Of a stretch of 64,000 bases of DNA, positions 61,822 to 64,000 are shown piece by piece. The notes beneath the pieces are model-generated. The model searched no databases, was not told the DNA's origin, and worked only from the letters and a program-made list of their open reading frames with translations. The stretch's first letter is position 1; each line of letters begins with the position of its first letter. Source of the stretch: an uncultured delta proteobacterium (GTDB lineage Bacteria; Desulfobacterota; Binatia; Binatales; Binataceae); assembly GCA_963724765.1 (NCBI GenBank), contig CAVRVY010000004.1, positions 1 to 64,000 of the forward strand, in the 5' to 3' direction. A program made the position numbers and the translations under genes.

Positions 61822-62635
61822 CGACCCGTACCTCTGAATCCATTCTGCGCTATCGACCGCTCGCCGGGGGAGATGTAATTGGTCACCCAGTTACGTATTT
61901 CACTTTCCCTCTCCGGCAGCTCCGGGCACGCGATCCGAATTGTGACGGACGCGACAAGCCGGAAGCTAAGACGTGATCCTGCCAGACCGGGAGTGAAGGA
62001 AATCTGGCGAGGCAAGGTGTGCGCGCGGGCAGAGGATGGATTAAGGCAACATGGCCGTAGCGCAAGCCCTTTTACTCCTGGCGGGCGATTGCGCGCCGGG
62101 AGCGTGACATTTCGGGGTCTGAGTTACCTAGTTGCTACCTATTCCCGTCCGCCTGCCGCAAAGGGAGCAGCAATCAAGGGCTTTTAGGTAGTAGGTAGGA
62201 AGACAACGAATCAGCGATGCGCGTCTGGGGAGACGCACGATCCGCAGCAAGTATCCTTCCCCCGGTTTTCACACAGCAGGGAATAGGGGGTCCTGCCTCG
62301 TCTGGCTGGTGGTTGTCGATGGGATGTGTCATCGGCGGGATTTTAGAATTGTTTGTCGAACTGTGCCTCCATCGTCTCCAACGTCTCCGTCGTCGGTATC
62401 TCGGCAAAGATGGGCTTCGGTTCGATGGGGCCCCAGCCTAGAGATCCCTTGGGGCCGGGGGTCCCCCCGACCCGCCGAAAAGAATTCCCGCACCTGCGTC
62501 GTGTCTGCGGGACGAGACGCGCAAAATTTCCTATCGCGCGACGAAAACTCAATGGGGCCCCAGTATGGGGGACACCTAAATCCGGGCCCCGTGAGCATCA
62601 AGGGAGCATCTGCAATTGAGTCCAGATTCTAAAGT

Positions 62636-62684
62636 CGTGGCTCCTTCGGAGGGCGAGATTCCAAAACCGTGGCTCCTTCGGAGG
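62636..62684 (+). repeat. Two 17-bp direct repeats
   Basis: CGTGGCTCCTTCGGAGG at 62636-62652 and 62668-62684. Confidence 0.85.
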
Positions 62685-62758
62685 TGAAGTTACGAATTGG
62701 CGAGTAGGTCCTGTCTGTAGGGCCGGCGCGAACTCGCCCTCCTAAAAGGTGCGGATTT

Positions 62759-62865
62759 CATCGTCACCATCGTCACTCGTTGTGATTTGCGCCTGGTTTT
62801 CGCGGATTTCATTGGGATTTTTCGGTGACGATGAACGCGCACCTCCATCGTCACTCCATCGTCAC
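62759..62865. repeat. Five copies of CATCGTCAC (four direct, one inverted), iteron-like
   Basis: Copies at 62759, 62768, 62846 and 62857; inverted copy GTGACGATG at 62825. Confidence 0.8.
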
Positions 62866-63070
62866 CTCCCCATTGGATCCCGCTCTTGCGGCCCGATTCC
62901 GGGAGGGTGGATCAGTTGAGGCTCGCGCCACCGATCGAAGTCGACTCCACAGATACAAAGTGAGGAATGGGATAGGGGGTCCCATGTCGGGGGTAGGAGC
63001 GATTTTGGGTGCTGCCCTAATTCGAGGATGAGCGTGTTCCTAGTTTGAAAGGTGGGATGACCTAATTTCC

Positions 63071-63289
63071 CTATTTCCGACCCCCAAGCTCGCGCGCAAT
63101 CCGTTCGATAGCGTCGTCGCATACTTTGAGGCGCTCTTGCGGCGTCATCTCAGTCGGGAGAGCCCCGAGCTTGGCAATCGTCGATACCGCGCCCCTCAGA
63201 GCATCGACCAGTTGCCCGACATCACGCCTGGTGGACGCGCGTGAGGCAATCTCGTCGAGTTTCTCGGTAATTTTCTCGATGGTAGTCAA
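63071..63289 (-). CDS. Small hypothetical protein
   Basis: 72-aa amphipathic helical ORF in tandem with the next gene. Confidence 0.45.
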   Translation of the reverse strand: MTTIEKITEKLDEIASRASTRRDVGQLVDALRGAVSTIAKLGALPTEMTPQERLKVCDDAIERIARELGGRK

Positions 63290-63292
63290 GTC

Positions 63293-63544
63293 TCACAGCG
63301 ACGCGGCCCAGATTACTAGGCGCGCAAGGCCATAATAGAAACTCGCGCTGAACAGCAACATCCCGGTCCACACACCAACCTTCTGCAAAACCGCCGTCAA
63401 TTTTGCGGTATCGGAGTACTCGCAAACAGTAAGATGAGCCAGTACCAGGTGGCCGGGTTCTCCAGACATCGCCTCTTGTCGGAGGTTCACTTCATATGCT
63501 GCCGGCTGCTGCCGGATTTCTTGCGTCCTGGCCAATTCCTGCAT
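63293..63544 (-). CDS. Small hypothetical protein with a C-terminal TM segment
   Basis: 83 aa with a hydrophobic C-terminus; GAGGG upstream. Confidence 0.5.
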   Translation of the reverse strand: MQELARTQEIRQQPAAYEVNLRQEAMSGEPGHLVLAHLTVCEYSDTAKLTAVLQKVGVWTGMLLFSASFYYGLARLVIWAASL

Positions 63545-64000
63545 ATTTACAAAGCCCTCGGATTAAAACACTGATCCCCACTTACCACCTACACCACCAA
63601 CGCGTGACAGAGCAGGATTGATGCCCGGGAGTTTTTCTAGCGCGATTCGCAATATTATCTTTGGATTCCTTATGGTTCTCGCCCACTCTCCTCTACATTG
63701 AGTTGCGCTTCTGCAACGCTCACCCGTACGCGAGCAACGAAAGCGCCAAAGCGCGACGGCGGAATTGCCGGCGGGTGGCCCGGACGGCCAGGGCGGTCTA
63801 CGAAACAGACCTTGCCACTCAGCCGCTTCGATTCAACTACCTTGTTTGATTCTTTCGGCAAGCCATTCGAGCGCGTCCCTGCGCATAGCCTGCGGATCGG
63901 TGAGGCCGTTGTCGGATAACTCCTCTAGGCCGATAACGTCAGGCTCGCTCCTTCGGTAATCGGCGAGCTATTGTCCTTTGCGGCGAGCGCGCACGTAGCC

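Larger units (their letters stand above)
59435..61884 (-). mobile_element. IS66-family element (tnpA-tnpB-tnpC), ends approximate
   Basis: Three-gene IS66 layout. GTAA at 59435 and TTAC at 61881-61884 are candidate termini, but the IR match is weak and no TSD was found. Confidence 0.85.

Noticed and set aside
59435-61884. Exact IS66 TIRs and target duplication
   Set aside because: Only the terminal GTAA/TTAC agree and the flanking 8-mers differ.
62636-62684. Mini CRISPR array
   Set aside because: Only two 17-bp repeats with a 15-bp spacer, and no cas genes.

Overview
The window has three parts. (1) 1-~12850 is a GC-rich, actinobacterial-looking accessory cluster: NRPS genes (T-C-A-T, a free-standing C domain, and partial C-A-T-TE; heavily frameshifted, probably by sequencing error), SAM methyltransferases and a Wzm/Wzt-type polysaccharide ABC exporter. 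It ends in a half IS3-family element that runs abruptly into unrelated sequence, which is a probable chimeric assembly join. (2) ~12850-49600 is a mostly intact housekeeping backbone of a different, deltaproteobacterium-like organism (Binatota-like by my inference): hisG/hisI, bcp, thrB, metF, folE, rpiA, glycerate kinase, idh, glpD, nth, yceD-rpmF-plsX-fabD-acpP, nrdR-ribD-ribBA-nusB, holA, rpsT, mazG, a fused GT-C/PMT glycosyltransferase and yebC-ruvCAB. Inside it is a fully delimited 2.8-kb IS1-family cargo element (21-bp TIRs, 8-bp target duplication) that carries a tRNA-Arg-like gene. (3) ~49800-64000 is a decayed mobile region: small secreted proteins, an Flp pilin, carrier-protein and terminase remnants, a tRNA-Phe 3' att fragment with a P4-like integrase pseudogene, a three-gene DsrEFH/TusBCD-like operon, an IS66 element and iteron-like repeats. 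No CRISPR array or rRNA was seen. All calls come from reading motifs by eye; no database search was run.
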